Counted from the first letter of the stretch, positions 25,340 to 37,563 are shown. The stretch is 64,000 nucleotides of DNA from Lama glama (GCA_028534125.1 CM052816.1:64730001-64794000), one strand, 5' to 3'. The notes: generated from the sequence alone by a model not told the origin. Numbers and translations are program-made.

Positions 25340-25720
25340 TCGATGTCTTCTCTTCTCTAGATCCACTCTGTAGCCTGTGCTGGGCCCTGGAGAATGACCA
25401 GTAGACTGTATCCATGGGCTTGCTCCCCTGCCTTCTGGTTTCTGGTTGGGTTCAGCTAATGGAGAGCCCCACTGAATTAGAGAGAGGGAGGAGGTGGGGC
25501 TGGGATATTGATTCCCCTGGCTCCTTACTTCCAGGATTGGCTTGTGCTGGCTAAATCCCTCAACCGAAGGTCACAGCTCCTTACCTGGGGGGTTCTTCGC
25601 ATAACTCTCTACTGGTTTCTGGTAACCACTACCTCCATTTGCTCCTTGAAGCCCAGGGTTACTCCTTCCAGCCCCATCACTATCCCTGGTGATTTCCCTT
25701 TACAATTCCTGACTATTGGG
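25340..25720. mobile_element. LTR33-like (ERVL) LTR ending ~120 bp before coding exon 2
   Basis: cccctgccttctggtttctggttgggttcagctaatggagag...gggatattgattcccctggctcc...gaaggtcacagctcct. Confidence 0.65.
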
Positions 25721-25841
25721 GTGATCACTGACCAGACAGTTCACTGTCAACATTACCTTCTAGGTGCTCACTTAAATGCTGGCTGCTGTCATTTACCACT
25801 CCACTAAATGGATGTGCACTTACATCTTGTTTTTCCCTTAG

Positions 25842-26032
25842 ATCCAAGAGTTGAAGACTGGCTCTTCATGTCCTCGCCTCTACCACACACCATCATCCTG
25901 GGACTCTATGTCTATTTTGTCACTTCTCTGGGACCAAAGCTCATGGAGAATCGAAAGCCCTTTGAACTCAAGAAAGTGATGATAACGTACAATTTTCTCA
26001 TAGTACTCTTTTCTGTGTATATGTGTTATGAG
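25842..26032 (+). CDS. ELOVL7: ELOVL7 coding exon 2 (DPRVEDWLFMSSPLP...VYMCYE), 191 nt
   Basis: Acceptor ttgtttttcccttag|AT completes the phase-1 codon GAT. Lies within ORF 25808..26164. Ends at the non-canonical donor GAG|GCAAGT. Confidence 0.97.
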
Positions 26033-29000
26033 GCAAGTGTCTTCAGTATTCCTCATGGGAGAATTCTGCCTGAGTCTTTGTGTTTAACTGTCATGATGTT
26101 TCTTGTTATGACTGCAAGGGTAACTCTCCAAGATTCAAGGGGTTTCAGAAACTTAGCTCACTAGAACCGATATTTGCCAAAAAATTGTGATGTATAGACC
26201 AAATATTTAGTATGGTCTACCTCATGGGTAGTGAGAAAAATTAACATGAAGTTTAGGGACTTGCACATAGTTTATCATAAAAGATAACTGAGTGAATCCA
26301 TAAATGTTGGTTTTAAGGAAACTCAGTTGCAGAAATTAAGTAACTCACTCAAAGTAGTGTAGCTGGTAGGTGGAGGGCTAATGTTTGAATCCAGGTCTGT
26401 CTGATACCAGAGCTCATCTGAGTTTGTAATGAGTTGTCATCATCATGGGAGGAACCTTTTGTTTCTGCTTGCCCTGATAAGCTGTAAGAAGTGGACTGTT
26501 TTGGTTTGGTTTAGCTGGGCTTTGGGGGGATAGGGAGCTTAGACTCATACAAAGCAGCAGGTGAGGGAAGCTGTCCCTTACTTGCCAGTAAGAGAGATGG
26601 AGCTCTTCCATGACCTAAAAGCAGACTCAAGAATTCTTTGTCTCCCACTCTGCTGATAACAGGTCTCAGCCACCCTCTCTTACCTGCTTTCCTGGGAGTC
26701 CTTGCTGCTTTTCCAGTGCTGGCCAGCTTCCTCATCCTCTGCTCCTTACTTTCCTCCTCTGCTGCACAGCCTGTGCTTCCTAACACCTGGGACTCAGGAG
26801 GGCCTAGCCTGACCTCTCTGGCTTCTCTCAACATTTCGGGCCTCTGCATGTGCATCCTTCCAACCTGATTCCTGCCACAGATCTACCTGATCGGATCACC
26901 TTAAATCTGCTCTGGCCTCATTTCTCACAGGCCTCTCTGAAGTCTGGACTTACCTTGCTGCCTTCTACTTTATTTCCAAAATTAATTCACAGGTCATCTT
27001 ACTGTCCTTTCTGGAGCATAAGCAACTGAAAGAGAAGAAGTAATAGAGTAGAGATGAGGAGCAGCAAAAGTACACACTTTTAGCAGGTTATCAGAGATAG
27101 AATATAACCTACTATAGGACAGTGCTAAGAAAAGGCCTGAAAGCCAGGAGACCAGGGACTAGTTAGTCCCAGTTATACTACTAACTACCTAATTTTGAGC
27201 TAGTCTCTTAACGTCACTAGGTCTCAGTTCTCTCATTTTATAGAATCAAGATTGAACCAAGGTGTCTCTCAGGTCCCTTTATACTCTGTGTCTGATTGTG
27301 TCATTCAATGTAATGTCCCCAAATATATTTCTGAGGAGGGAATCCAATTATAACCAGTAAGTTTTGGTTCCTATTTTAGTAATTATAACAAAAGATTTGA
27401 AAATATCTGAATCTGAGAGTTTCTATCTCCCATTAACCACTAATACTGGAGTTACTTATATACCAGTTTTGGGGGTTATTACCTGTAAAATATAAATTAT
27501 TACTTTTCCTTTGTGAAAGCCTGAAGTGGAGACACATACGTCAAAAGCTCTACAGACTTTTGGAATGTTCTTAAACTTAGTATCTGGAGAGCATGAAGTT
27601 CCACTTTCTGTTTAAGCAGAGACTTTTGACAGCTGAGCAGCTTGTCACCTCCAGGACACGTCAGAACACATGGTTTATTGGGTGGAACATGACTCCATTT
27701 GGTATACAGAGTGTATACCTCCACTAGGAACGTTGGGGCAAATACAGACAAGGCAAAAGGGAGTGCATCAGACTACCAGAACCCACTTGCCTTATTGTGT
27801 ACTGATGGTTTGAAGGTGTTAGATACTTGGCACCCGTCAGACACTAATGAAGAGAGAGCAGTGAAGACCCCACAGAAGCCACCACATCACACAGCTTCTC
27901 CTGTTTAGCGCGGCCCTTGTTTGGGGGGTAGGGCAAAGTGGGGGATCGGTCATCCCAGGCTGAGTAAATGGACTTAGAGTGTTACTTGCATCAGTCAGAA
28001 GTGAGTCCAAGTGCAAGAGAATATGAAGACATTCACTGACACATCAGGATTTTGTAAAACAGAATTAACTACTTCTGTCCCACATTCCCTTGTTCCTTTC
28101 AGACAATTAATATACTTGTTTCTGTAAGATATTTTTCTCACCCAGGAGATGTGTCTTACACTTTCCTGAATCTTAATTTTCAAGATTTCATAGCTTACAA
28201 AGTTAACAGTGTGATTAAATTCTATTAAAAATCAAGTTAGGAGCTAATATCAAAAAAGGATAGTGTGTTTTTAAATACCGTAGTCTAAATGGTTTTTCTT
28301 TCTCCCTTGTTTCTTTTCTTTTCACCATTAAAATCTCATTCTGATAATGCCTGACAAGCTTTTGCCTTTAGGAGTTAATTTATTGTGAAGTTGTCATTTC
28401 AGCTTTAATAGTAATTAAAAATTGAAACTTGAAATGTACTTCAGTGGCAGGACATGATATAATTATTATGCTGAAAGAGAAGACGTTCTAGGGAAGATGT
28501 TGGCGCCTGTGAAAATAGGATGGCAGAGAACTGGTCATATCGTCAGAACCCTAAATTAAGCCAACCATTTAATATATACATTAATTTTAAAGTAGAGTCC
28601 TTAGCTTTACATTTTCAGATAGTATTTGAAAAGGAAACCTTCCCACTATCAAACTGAAAGAATGTCAATATACTCTTTGAATTACGTTTCAGACTTATCA
28701 ATAATGGGCCTTTTCTTCTCACCACTAGTCTAAGGTCACTTTGTGGGTGTGTTGGAATTAAGGCTTGCCAGACTGCACTCTAGTGTTAATATTTTCATCT
28801 CTTACTTGTCATGGGAATCTAAAGGAAAACCAACATGTGAGTCTTGTGTTTGGTCAATCTTGATTTAAAAGCCATAGACAACCACTTCACATTCCATCTA
28901 CTAGCCAAGACAGGAAAAACCCAGTTGTTGTGGTCATCAGAAGAGTACACTGAGAAAGTTGATTTGCCCATTTGTGTATTGACTAATTGCAACGATTGGA

Positions 29001-29299
29001 AATCATCAGAAAAGACTGAATTCAGACTCAGTCACCTCCTTCAGAGTACACAAACATAGGCACAGACACATATAGATATACACAAGGTAGATTACCTACC
29101 AGTATTTGCTGTTTAAACAAAACATCCCTAGTGTTTTTTTCTCCATTGTATTAGAATAGTCATTCCAAGAACCAGCCATTTTAGTCAGAACACAGTTTAT
29201 ATAAATATGACTTTACGATTCAGAAAATTCTTGATGCTTTGATATCAAGCGAGTTCCTGGTTTGTAACTGTTCTCACCCACCTTTCCTTCTGCACTGAC

Positions 29300-29312
29300 T
29301 GCTGACTCAGCG
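29300..29312. promoter_or_regulatory. Candidate Maf recognition element / ARE (TGCTGACTCAGCG)
   Basis: 12/13 match to the T-MARE palindrome TGCTGACTCAGCA. Contains AP-1 TGACTCA and the ARE core TGACnnnGC on both strands. Confidence 0.45.
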
Positions 29313-29383
29313 GGTCATAATTTCCTTTGTTGTAGCTGTTGAGAAAATGCTTCCTTCTTTAACATGTGTGTGCTCTCTTGCAG

Positions 29384-29464
29384 TTTGTGATGTCTGGCTG
29401 GGGCACAGGTTATTCATTTCGATGTGAAATTGTTGACTATTCACGATCGCCTACAGCATTGAGG
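29384..29464 (+). CDS. ELOVL7: ELOVL7 coding exon 3 (FVMSGWGTGYSFRCEIVDYSRSPTALR), 81 nt
   Basis: Acceptor ctctcttgcag|TTT, donor AGG|GTAGGT, phase 0/0. Contains Cys99. Confidence 0.97.
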
Positions 29465-29701
29465 GTAGGTTTCTCTTTGGAAAAACTTGTATCTCAAAAT
29501 CAATGTTAAACCTTTGGGGGCTCTATTTGTAAACACTGAATGTGAAATCAGAATGAGTAAATGACTCAATTATCAGGTTGTATATGTTAAGAAAAAAGCT
29601 AAAACATTATAAGAAAAAATCAAAGGTGTATAGTTTTCTGTAAAATGAAGACTAGTGCTTTTCTTTTTGAATTTCTTGGATTTAAAAGTAAGTTTATATC
29701 T

Positions 29702-30315
29702 GGTTCCTCAGAAGATTAAAAACAGGACTACCGTGTGATCCAGGAATTCCACTTTTGGATATGTACTTAAAGAATTGAAAGCCGAGACTCAAAGAGATAT
29801 TTGTACACCTATGTTGGTAGCATTCTTCACATTAGCCAAAAGATGGAAGCAACCCATGTCCATTATTAGACAAATGAATAAATAAACTGTAGAATATACA
29901 TACAACAGAATATTATTCAGTCCTAACAAGGAAGGAAATTTTGACACCTGCTACAACATGATGAACCTTGAGGACATTATGCTAAGTGAAATAATCTAGG
30001 CACAAAGGGACAAACAAATACTGTATGATTCTGTTGTATGAGGTCCATAGAGTAGTCACATCAAGAGAACAGGAAGTAAAATGGTAGTTGTCAGGGGCTG
30101 GATTCCCAGATGGGGACTTATTTAATGGGTACAGAGTGTCAGTCCTGTAAGCGGAAAAGAGTTCTCTGGATGGGATGGTGGTGATGGTTGCACAAGAATG
30201 TGAATGTACTTTATGCCACCAAATTGTCTGCTTAAAAATGGTTATGATGGCAAATTTTATGTAATGTGAATTTTGCCAAAATTAGAAAAAATAAAGTTTT
30301 CTTCTATGTTAAAAA
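29702..30315 (+). mobile_element. L1MB-like 3' end inside the intron between ELOVL7 coding exons 3 and 4
   Basis: gatccaggaattccacttttgg...gaaccttgaggacattatgctaagtgaaataa...aaaatggttatgatggcaaattttatg plus A-rich tail. TSD-like aagtttatatct / aaattcatatct. Confidence 0.9.
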
Positions 30316-30348
30316 AAATAAAATTCATATCTCTGTGTGTTTCTGCAG

Positions 30349-30405
30349 ATGGTACGCACCTGCTGGCTTTATTACGTCTCCAAATTTTTTGAGCTATTAG
30401 ATACT
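30349..30405 (+). CDS. ELOVL7: ELOVL7 coding exon 4 (MVRTCWLYYVSKFFELLDT), 57 nt
   Basis: Acceptor gtttctgcag|ATG, donor ACT|GTGAGT. Encodes the ELO-family KxxExxDT motif. Confidence 0.97.
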
Positions 30406-31234
30406 GTGAGTATGTAGTCACCATATTTGATAAATGTTTGATGTTTCAATGAAAGCAATAAACTGTGAGTGTTCAGTTGTCTGGTAACTTTGGTTATCTC
30501 TCTTTCTCAGGCAGACCTACTATTATCTTTTACTTTTTATTATCAGCAATTTTAGAGAATAGATAGGATGAAGTTATTTTTCAGTCTCTTGCAAACGCCA
30601 AAATATTTTCTTATGTATCTACACATCTGGCTAAGATAAGAATGTAACTGTCACATACACTACAAAACTGTGCATCTTTATAAAGACTGATGACAGTTGT
30701 TTTGTGAAGTTCAGGAAGCAAGAAGCAGGGAATACCTTTCGTTCTCTGTATCAAAGTACTGTGTCATTCATACTCCTTTAAAAGAATAAATACTTCAAAA
30801 TTCATAAACTTACACTAGAATATTAAGTTACCCTTGGGTAACTTATCAGTAATTTTGGTAATATCAAAACTGTTTCCAGCTGCTTTTCTGAAGTCCATGC
30901 TTCCTGGGTCTTCTTCCTTCCTGTGCATCAACTCTGACTTTGAGTGACGGGGCCCTGGGAGAAGCAAGTGCCACAAATTAGGATCCAGGATGAGAGGAGA
31001 AAGCTCTGCAATTTGTTTCCAGAAACAAAGGAAAGTTGGATATCCGTTGTATCTTTGTGGCATGTGGATCTTAGTTGTCTGGAATCAGTTCTGGATGTAA
31101 GACTGATAAGTGTGTTCTCTCTTCAGAATATATACAACTACATTTCTTGTAGCAAATCTCAACGTGCTTTACCTTCTCAGCTGGCTGCACAAAATGTTAG
31201 AATTAGAAAGGAGAATTTAGTGAGTATAGAATCC

Positions 31235-31400
31235 CAAGGTTCCCAAACTTTAGCATTCATTAGAATCACCAGGAGAACTTGTTAAAAACACATGTGCCTG
31301 CACCCCACCCTCAGAATTTCTGATTCAGTAGGTCTCGGGTGGGGCTCAAGAATTTGCATTTCTGTCAAGTTCTCAAATGATGTAATTGCTGTTGACTTTA
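31235..31400. mobile_element. MER5A-like MITE
   Basis: ttagaatcaccaggagaacttgttaaaaacac...tctgattcagtaggtctcgggtggggctcaagaatttgcatttct. Confidence 0.85.
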
Positions 31401-31418
31401 AGGGCCCCTGCTGTGGTC

Positions 31419-31693
31419 CAGTGGTTTTCAATCCTGTGGTGCTGTAGACTTAATAGCATTAGAAAACAAAAACCTGTGTCCCACCCACAGAGATTTGGAG
31501 TCAGAAAGTCTAGACTTAGAGATCATGCGTGGCTATTTAAAAAACCAACAAGAGCGGGTGGGTATGTATGCTCAGTGGTAGAGTGCAGGAGGTCCTGGGT
31601 TCAATCCCCAGTCCCTCCATTAAAAGCTAACAAACAAACAAACAAAAAACCTTCTCAGACATTGTAATATGCAGACAGGGTTGAGAACCACTG
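31419..31693. mobile_element. MER5-family MITE hosting SINE copy 4
   Basis: TIRs cagtggttttcaa (31419-31431) and ttgagaaccactg (31681-31693). Confidence 0.75.
31556..31649 (+). mobile_element. tRNA-Ala-derived SINE, copy 4 (anticodon arm deleted)
   Basis: gctcagtggtagagtgc...gaggtcctgggttcaatccccagtccctcca plus a (CAAA)n tail. Confidence 0.85.
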
Positions 31694-32736
31694 ATCTAGC
31701 TCAGAGCACTCAATCTGGAAAAAAAAAAAAATGGAAGCCAGAAAGTTACAAGACTCACCCAGAGGAATGCCACTACTGACTGGGACTGGGACCCCAAATT
31801 GCTGGTTTATGGCTTTTTCTGTTGCACCACGTTGCCTTCCTCCATGTGCATAAGCAAATGCATTTTGACTTCGTGGTTTCTGCTTTGCATGTTCTCAGTG
31901 CCAGGTTCTGTAAGGAAACTGTTGCTGCCTCTATGTCCTCTGAACCATGTTTCTCAGATACTCTTATGAATACTTTTGTTTCTGCTACTCTGTTTAGTCC
32001 CCTATTTAGGAGTCTAACTCATAACTGATCTTCTGAGTTTTGAATATTTTTGAACACTTAATTCTGCTTTTGAATGTTTTTTGGGAAAAAAAAAATCCCC
32101 CCCCCCAGCCTTCCTATCCTACATCTTTGTTTGTTCATAGAGTTTCTGTAAACCACTGGGTTTCAACCTAGTTGGTGCTTTGGTTGCCTTCTCATTTTTC
32201 CTAAGCAGCTTTGCTTTCTTTTCCATCCTGTTTCCCCTATTAACTCTTCAAGTATGTCCTTCTTCATCTTTCTTTAGTAATAATTGTCTAACTTTTGACT
32301 TGCTTCAAGTTCTCTTTCAGTTTGCTTGATCCCTTATCTGAATTAGCAGGATATGTGAAGGAGCAACATAGAATTCCAGTCCTAGGACTTAAACATCTCT
32401 GCTTTCCCATATATGTCAAAATTCACAGAATTTTTTTACCAGTAACATTTTTTCAATAATTTTTGGTCATACTCTTCACTTTGTACCTTTGATTTTAAGT
32501 CTACACATAATATTTTTTCACCCGTTGATTGGTTCTTCCTTGACTAAGCATCATACCTAAGTTCTCTCCTACTAATTCGCTTTTGAGCTGCCCCTTAAAG
32601 AATCAGCAGCTTCTGTAAGCCTTCTATAAGCCAATTCTTTCAAAGCACATTACAACATGAAATAGTTTTCACTTTGTAACACTAGATAAATTATTGCATG
32701 GTTTATATGAACTTGATTTTCTTTAAATTATTTCAG

Positions 32737-32842
32737 ATCTTTTTTGTTCTACGTAAGAAAAATAGTCAAGTGACTTTCCTGCATGTCTTCCATCATACCA
32801 TCATGCCATGGACCTGGTGGTTTGGAGTCAAATTTGCTGCAG
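32737..32842 (+). CDS. ELOVL7: ELOVL7 coding exon 5 (IFFVLRKKNSQVTFLHVFHHTIMPWTWWFGVKFAA + 1 nt), 106 nt
   Basis: Acceptor tatttcag|ATC, donor CAG|GTAGCC. HxxHH histidine box (H147, H150, H151). Overlaps ORF 32698..32880. Confidence 0.98.
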
Positions 32843-35450
32843 GTAGCCAAGGGAGAGTTGGGATCATGTGTTATAAATGATAATATTTCTGTATGCTGTA
32901 AGCATAAATTCTGTTCTTAACTGTGATTTAAAAGAATCTCAAAACGTCAAAGAATTACTTTAATCAAACTTCTGACTTTCATTAATTATCTGAGACATAA
33001 ACATAGGACTCCAAACTAGATCCCTCCCCTACCCCATACTCTTAAATGTGCATGAACTTTGGGTATAGGCTTCTACACATATCCTTTAGTTGTTTTGATT
33101 GGATTTTATTCTGTTCCTATAGAGTAGTATTAAATTTCTTTCAATAAATAAATAATAAACAAATAAAAATGTAAAAACCTTGGGTTTATAGGAATATAGT
33201 TAGATAACTATTCCTCGTATGTTTCCAGGAAGTTACAGTATTTATCTCAAGTTCTGGGTCTTCTTTGTTTCCAAATTTCCAAAAACTGATACACATCCCA
33301 TCTCCATAACAACTTGATTTTCTGTATATTATTTATTTACTTTAAAGAAGATGGGTCAGATTGAGGTTGTTCCCCCTCACCAAGCACTCTCCCATATTAA
33401 AGGATGTCTTGATACTGTGTTTTAGGTCAAATGTAGTTTAACTCAAAAGCTTGGCAAGAAGGGTCTTTAATTAGTTTTGGTTTTATGCTTCTGAACATCT
33501 AGAATATGAGATAACAAGCAGGTAAGTAATCTTACCCTATCCATAAAGTTTAAATAAGGGATATCCTCAAGGATATATTCTTATCTTATTAGCAAAGGTT
33601 AGTTGTGGCATTTATTTGTGCCAGTTTCTTACATTTAAGAAGGCTTCGCATAGGCCTGCAACCCATACTAGGCAATGAATGCTTGGACATTTCTGTGAAT
33701 AGCTCACATCAATCGGGCATTCTGACTTTGCAAGACAAAGAGAAGAGAAACCACAACTGAGAAACTCCTGCTTGAGTTTTAGACTCCCTACGCATGGAGG
33801 GAAATTCTGCATGTCTCTGTGTATGCGGGGACATGGATAAGCCAGAACCTCAGGGAGCCAAAATGGCTGTCCCTACCATGGCCTAAGGACGTAGGATTTT
33901 CCAGTATGTGAGGTATCTCCTTGCCCTAAATTGGCATTTATCTGTTGAGGATTTTTTAAAATAAATGTAGCTGTTTTTCTTATAATGTACATATGTTAAT
34001 TTAAAAACTAAACTCACATTATAACAGGATAGTCTCATTTGTATCCATTTCACAGATCAAAGGTAGTTATATTATTTAATCTCCATTATTTTACTTATCT
34101 TTACTTTCTATGTTTTGTTTTCTCTCACTTGCATATTGTGCCTCTCAAGTTCTTCCAACAGTGATGTTCTCTGACACCTTATTTCTGTTGGTGAAAATTA
34201 GAAGATACCTAAACATCCAATAATAGAATGGTTGTGATGTCTTGTGTGTATAATTGTGAAATGCAAATGCTATTGAGAGACATTTAACTCATCTTCTGTT
34301 AAGCAGCCTGACTCCTAAATTTTCAGAGATAGATGCCTATTCTGACTATTCTGTTTTTAAAGTATGCTAGACCAGGTGCTTTCACATCCTTATAATTTAT
34401 TTATTCAGATTTCTTTCATAAGACCAGAATATTCTATTATAACACTGAAAAATAAAAATAAATAAAATATCTATAGGAAGATAATACCCATAAATACAGT
34501 GATTTAGAAATAACTGAGACAAAAGTGGTCTCCCTCTCCTTCTTTATCCATCTCTGTATTTTCTAATTTTTCTAGTTTAACTATCTGTTAGTTCTACAAT
34601 GGGAAAAATAAATTTTGTTTGAAGAATAGAGTTGAGCATTTTTCTGATTTCTATCTTTGAGTACATTGTTAGTCTGGCTTCCATTTCAAAAACAAGTGAT
34701 GTTTTCAGTAATGAACATTTAAACGTATACTATGCCTCAAGTTTTCAGTGTTACCATGTTCATGGACATAAAGCACTTTGCAATGGGTTCATTGTCTACA
34801 CCTTGATCCCCCTTCTGCTTTAGAAATTGTAAACAGTAGAAAATAATGTTTTCTTCTCTCTCATGTGTTCCATAAGTTGGCACTTCTATTCAGTCTCATG
34901 TGGACGCTAGTAAACACTTGTACACCTGATGTCTGTTCAGTGACAAGCACAGCAGCAAGACTTGAGTATTTCCAGAAGTGTGGTGTGGCATTGGCTTTCA
35001 TTCCTAGAATGAAACTGTCCAGTTTAAACTGTCCTTTTAGAAACTTGAGCACAGCTGATCTCTATCTGATATTTAATTTCCTGTTTGCCTATTGTCTTCC
35101 TCTCTGGGATAATAGCAAGCCAGCTTTTCTTTTGAATATGATGAAAATATTTTTGTGGCAGGTTTTTATATTAATTATGTATGTATTCCCTTCCACAGAT
35201 ACGGAGAATTGTGATAATTACACAGGTGGTTCCTTTATTTTTTCCAAACCAAAGGAGTAAAATGTGATGGTACTAATTATAATTCATTCTGAGGTGTTTG
35301 CTTTTCAGAACTGTTATAAAGAAGAAAGTAAGCTTAGAAAATACTTTATTAGAAAATCCTTCCAAAGAAGATATGAAAAGCATTACTAATTAAAATGTGA
35401 TTGTTCTGTGAATAAACATTAAAATAACTTAGAAAATATTCATTATTAAG

Positions 35451-35589
35451 GCAGGAGGGTATAGCTAAGTGGTAGAGTGCGTGCTTAGCATGCACAGGGT
35501 CATGGGCTCAATCCCCAGAACCTCCATTAAAATAAAAAAATAAACCTAATTACCTCCGCCGCTAAAAAAAATTTAAAAATGAAAAAATT
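35451..35589 (+). mobile_element. tRNA-Ala-derived SINE (Vic-1-like), copy 5
   Basis: ggagggtatagctaagtggtagagtgcgtgcttagcatgcac...aaacctaattacctcc plus A tail. Degenerate TSD ...tcattattaag / ...tcattactag. Confidence 0.9.
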
Positions 35590-36749
35590 AGAAATAAGTA
35601 TCATTACTAGAGAAAATAAGTAAGTTAATTTTATTTGATAGCTTATTTTGATCAGTAAGCCTTACTAAACACTCTTAGCTACATTAGTGCTTTCTTAAAT
35701 TCCTGTTCATAAGACCTTATTTTAGAATATTTAAATGGTGAGGCTTTCTGAGTGGAAAATAGAACTCTTCTACCAAAAATGGGAGAAGTGTCTTAGTGAG
35801 AAAGGCTCTATCTGATGTAGTTCATTATCAAGCGTGAAATAGATTTCCTGTGTGTATGTAATTGTGAGACAACAGTGGACTTGAGGTGTTTGGCTTGTCC
35901 CCATGTTAAGCAGTTTGATTCCTAAACTATCAGAAATAGACAACTTTTCTATTTTTAAATTACCCTAGAAAAGTTGTTTTCACACCACACTTATTTATTC
36001 AAGTTTCTTTTGGGAAATAAGACAAATCCAAATGTAAATAATAGGCTGCGAAGTTGTTAATAAGCTTCATTAATTCAGTTTTTTCTGACTTGAAATTTGT
36101 GATAATTAACAGATTAGCTGAAATGTGAATTTCCTCTATTCAGGGGAGGCAAGTTTATGAAGCGCAGTATAGCATAAATGAGACTTTAGGGGAATAGTTA
36201 AACTGCTTAAAAGTAATTATTTAAATTAGGTTCTTTTAAGGGGGTACTTTAGCAGTGGTAGTATTTTAGAAGTATCTAGCATTGCTGCAATTATGAACGA
36301 TTTTTTAAAAATAACTATTTCTTCTACGAAGCAGTTTTTATGACATTTCTTCTTAGAAGACTATATTCAAAGTAGTAAGTTTGTATTTTGCTTTAAGCTT
36401 TCTGTAACTCAGTGTTCATGAATTCAGTCCTTCCTCTAACATAAGCAGGCACATTTGTGAGGTTTTGCTTTATTTCTAAAATTAAAGAATTCTAGAATAA
36501 AGAAAACAGAATATTTTAGAGAAAAATTTAAATTCCAGGTCAACATTACTAAGCTGAATGAGGCTACACATAAAGAATGAAGATTCTTCTAGACTGTGCA
36601 TCTTAGGGAAGAGCCTTGTTTTTTTTCCTCCACTGTTAACTAATTCATTAGTTGATGAACAGCCAGTGGTTTTACTGCCAAAATTTTGTGGCACTGAAAA
36701 TATTTATTGAAAATTATGGAGAGTGCAAAAATTGAATTTGATTCCACAT

Positions 36750-37230
36750 AATGACATGTAGAAAAATATTCTTGTGGCTTTATTTATAATAATCCCAGTT
36801 GGAAACAACTCAAATGTCTTTTAATAGGAGAATGGGCAAATAAGTTATTATGCATTCATATCATGTAATACTACACAGCAGTAAAATAGCAATCTACTAA
36901 CACACACACCAAGACAGATGAATCTTAAACACAGTATGTTTATGGAAAGGAGGTAGCCACAAAGAATACATCTTGTGTAATTCTCTTTATATGAAGTTTT
37001 ATAACAAGCAAAACTAATAGTTGATGATGGAAGTCAGAATAAAAGTTCCATTGGGAGAGGTATATTGTTGGAGAGGGCACATGGGAACCTATTATAGTGT
37101 CAGAAATGTTCTGTATCTTGAATTTGGTGGTGGTTACATAGGTGCCTGGTTAGATAGAAATAATCATCAAGTTATACACTTAAGATTAATGTACTTCGTG
37201 TGCTTTAGATATGTTAATCATCACTAAAAT
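36750..37230 (+). mobile_element. Old L1ME/MD-like 3' end
   Basis: ggaaacaactcaaatgtc...aatgttctgtatcttgaatttggtggtggttacatagg, typical of old L1M 3' UTRs. Confidence 0.75.
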
Positions 37231-37563
37231 GAATTTAATTACTATTATTTAGCAGTATATTATATTTAAAAGGTAATTCAATTTGTTAAAGTAAATCTAA
37301 ATCATAAGATCATCTTAAGGTTAAGCTATAACAGAACAAAGACTTGCTAAATTTATTTTTTAAGATTTGTATTTTATATTTTAGTAAATGAATGTATTAT
37401 CCAGCTCCATCTAATTTGATGGCTGTTTAACAAGAGTGATATTTCATATATTTATTTTTCTTCCTGCTAGAATTAAAGAAATTATACTAAAACCTCAGTT
37501 TAGATTAAAATACATCTCATTTTAAGGAGCAGTGCCCCCATTTTACAACCTTTCTTTTTCCAG

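Noticed and set aside
26033..26164. In-frame extension of ORF 25808..26164 beyond YMCYE, or a broken donor implying a pseudogene
   Set aside because: The extension has no ELOVL similarity. The GC donor has an ideal context and the spliced ORF is intact.
34865..35260. 131-aa ORF with a signal-peptide-like start
   Set aside because: It starts at GTG inside an ELOVL7 intron, and the hydrophobicity reflects T-rich sequence. No family resemblance.
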